Source: Candidatus Bathyarchaeota archaeon | GTDB taxonomy: Archaea; Thermoproteota; Bathyarchaeia; Bathyarchaeales; Bathycorpusculaceae | NCBI GenBank assembly: GCA_963811105.1 | Contig: CAWEPZ010000011.1 | Coordinates: 992,001 to 1,056,000, forward strand | Direction of reading: 5' to 3' | Length of the DNA stretch: 64,000 bases | Part shown: positions 62,048-64,000 of the stretch, piece after piece | How positions within the stretch are numbered: the stretch's first letter is position 1 | How the letters are laid out: every line of letters begins with the position of its first letter | Notes under the pieces: generated by a model | The model's database searches: none | Seen by the model: only the letters and a program-made list of their open reading frames with translations | Told to the model about the DNA's origin: nothing | Position numbers and translations under genes: made by a program

Positions 62048-62784
62048 TTTCCATTTGCCCCAGTTTATCCAAAACCTTCTCAACTTCACTTCTTATAGAT
62101 TCAATCCTCTTTTCTGCCTCAGTTTTAGCCGTAGGTTTCTCCTCTGGCGGCTTACGCTTCTTTTTCTGTTTCTCTTCCCCTCCTGCTTCTTCCGCTTCCT
62201 CTTCCTCAGCTTCCGCATCCTCAATGCGTTTCCATCTGAGAAGTAGGAGTTGGCGAAGGTAATTTTACAGGAATCTCCCTTATCGGTTTAACATCAATCC
62301 TTGTTCTAAGCTCTTCAACCTTTGAGTTCAATTCTCCAAAACGTTCACTGAAAAGCTTCATCAAGTCCTCCTGCATACCCTCAAGGTCATGGAGCGCAAC
62401 TATTGTTTCATCCTTTGATATGGACTCTTTTATTGACATCATTCTTGCCTTGTAAGTTGCAGCAAGCTTTTCTCGTTCTAATTCAGTAATCTTCCCTTCC
62501 GCTTGTGCCTCATACAAATGGCGAATGGCATCACTTAAGATTTCCCGCTCTAAATCGAGCATTCGAAGCTCATCTTTTGCACTGGAAGCTGTTGATGTTT
62601 GAACGCTCTTAGAAATCCTAAACGGTAAGCCAGAATAGTCAAGGTCTGGATCAGCAGTTTTCTGAGATTTTTTCGGCTTCGGTTTTCTTCCCTGTCTTCT
62701 CATGCCATAAATTACTATTCCGACAGCGCTGATTATGACTACCGCTACTGCAATGACTATTAAGGGGTCATCGTACCAAGCCAT
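62037..62784 (-). CDS. Hypothetical N-terminally anchored coiled-coil protein, with frameshifts near the 3' end
   Basis: N-terminal TM and coiled coil. An acidic/charged tail ending ...IRSEVEKVLDKLGQMEIES* (62037) is recovered by shifting frame after about 62225. Confidence 0.55.
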
Positions 62785-62883
62785 TCCAAGCTGTCCTCGG
62801 TTATCTTGATTATGTACAATGCTTATATAAATTAATTTAAGTCCACGGGTTTCCTATTCTAAGCTAAGCGATTGCGTGATGGA

Positions 62884-63477
62884 CTATGCCGTTTTAATCT
62901 TCTTAACCTGCGCTCTTTCAAGAATACGAACAATAGGTAACGCTAAAATAACTCCAATTATTCCACCGGCAACTATCAAACCTACCCAAATAGTTATCGC
63001 AAACGTGGGCGAAACAAGAGTAAAATTTACAATTGCAGCAGCTGATGCAGAAACAATAGTACCTAAAATAGCGATTCCCACGTTTATGATTTTAACGCTT
63101 ATTTTATGATGATTAATCAGGAGAAACAGATCAAAAATTATAGCTGCAACTATAAAGCCTATGACTGGAAGCGGACCTCCAGCAAGCAAAACAATAGTAG
63201 AGCCTATGATACCAACTAAGGTTGCAGCGCCATATTGATTTGTAGCCCAGATAACAAGAAGTAGAATAAAGAAAATTATTATGCTGTGAATAATAGGCAA
63301 TCCAGTAAGCCTAAAGCTAATGGGTGCAACCGTTAGGTTTAGAGCTACCCATAACGCGCTGAAAATGCTAATTACCGCGATGTTGACGCTAAAACGGTTT
63401 TTGACAGTTTGGGCTTTAAACAAATCAGTAACACTTATTTGCACTTTAGTAACACTCACACATAAAAACATTCTCAA
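62884..63477 (-). CDS. Integral membrane protein, ECF S-component-like
   Basis: About six TM helices with an IA.ISIFSAL N-terminal helix and GAATLVG. Confidence 0.6.
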   Translation of the reverse strand: MRMFLCVSVTKVQISVTDLFKAQTVKNRFSVNIAVISIFSALWVALNLTVAPISFRLTGLPIIHSIIIFFILLLVIWATNQYGAATLVGIIGSTIVLLAGGPLPVIGFIVAAIIFDLFLLINHHKISVKIINVGIAILGTIVSASAAAIVNFTLVSPTFAITIWVGLIVAGGIIGVILALPIVRILERAQVKKIKTA

Positions 63478-63588
63478 CGATCATGTTAACGCGCCTAAAC
63501 CATAAATACTTAATCAAACGACTTCAAAACTCTAATAATTCCGCTATAGGACTAAGTTTAAATCCGAAACCACTCACCAAACATAACT

Positions 63589-63957
63589 ATGAAAGCCATA
63601 GCAATACTTGGAGCCATTGCAGCAGCAATAATATTCTTTTTCGCAATAATTTTTGCCCTTGCCTCTTCGTATCAAGGAATCCCAACTCAAACCGCCCAAA
63701 CTAGGCTCGTTAGTAGTGTTTTACTTTTCATTATTGGAATTGCAGTAATTGTGGGCATTTATTTTCTTACTCGCAAACCAAAAACAGTTATCCAGCGTTT
63801 GGAAGTTTCTGGACAAATGAAAGGGGCAGCGATAAAGTGTCCGAACTGTTCAGCTTCAATTAATGCTAACGAAATAAAAATTGTTTCAGGCGTACCCTAT
63901 GTTAAATGCCCCTATTGCGGCACCACGTTTGAGGTTACTGAGGAACCAAAATGGTGA
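63589..63957 (+). CDS. Membrane protein with C-terminal zinc ribbon
   Basis: Two TM helices, CPNC...CPYCG and a C-terminal EEPKW. Confidence 0.7.
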   Translation: MKAIAILGAIAAAIIFFFAIIFALASSYQGIPTQTAQTRLVSSVLLFIIGIAVIVGIYFLTRKPKTVIQRLEVSGQMKGAAIKCPNCSASINANEIKIVSGVPYVKCPYCGTTFEVTEEPKW

Positions 63958-64000
63958 AGCGCACCTATCTTCTAGTAGTTCTTTTAGCGCTATCGGTTAT

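Overview
This is an archaeal chromosome segment, most likely from Bathyarchaeia. That assignment is inferred from three paralogous ~870-aa PQQ-like beta-propeller surface proteins, a LysW-dependent Lys/Arg operon with a divergent Lrp/LysM regulator, archaeal winged-helix regulators and T-rich terminators. The left third is accessory and holds the most striking signal, a putative archaeal RiPP (modified-peptide) locus at 8.9-14.3 kb. It encodes a radical SAM/SPASM maturase, a 152-aa precursor with three tandem CSSCGNDCPTP cores whose DNA differs only at synonymous sites, and a B12-dependent radical SAM enzyme. It also encodes a paralogue of the precursor's leader and follower that appears fused, across one frameshift, to a class I methyltransferase. 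A second candidate peptide-modification pair lies at 18.9-21.5 kb: a B12 radical SAM plus a protein with four EPA(H/Q) motifs. Other contents are a complete ISH3-like insertion sequence (17-bp TIRs, 5-bp TSD), a bacterial-type ClpB, a tandem-CHRD/cupredoxin surface pair, an alpha-glucan/sugar-phosphate cluster, an unusual seven-gene isoprenoid/lipid cluster (41.7-47.8 kb), a DrrAB-type ABC exporter and rpiA. Several genes carry single-base frameshifts, many probably sequencing or assembly errors. No rRNA, tRNA or CRISPR array was recognised. All calls come from motif reading by eye; no database searches were run.
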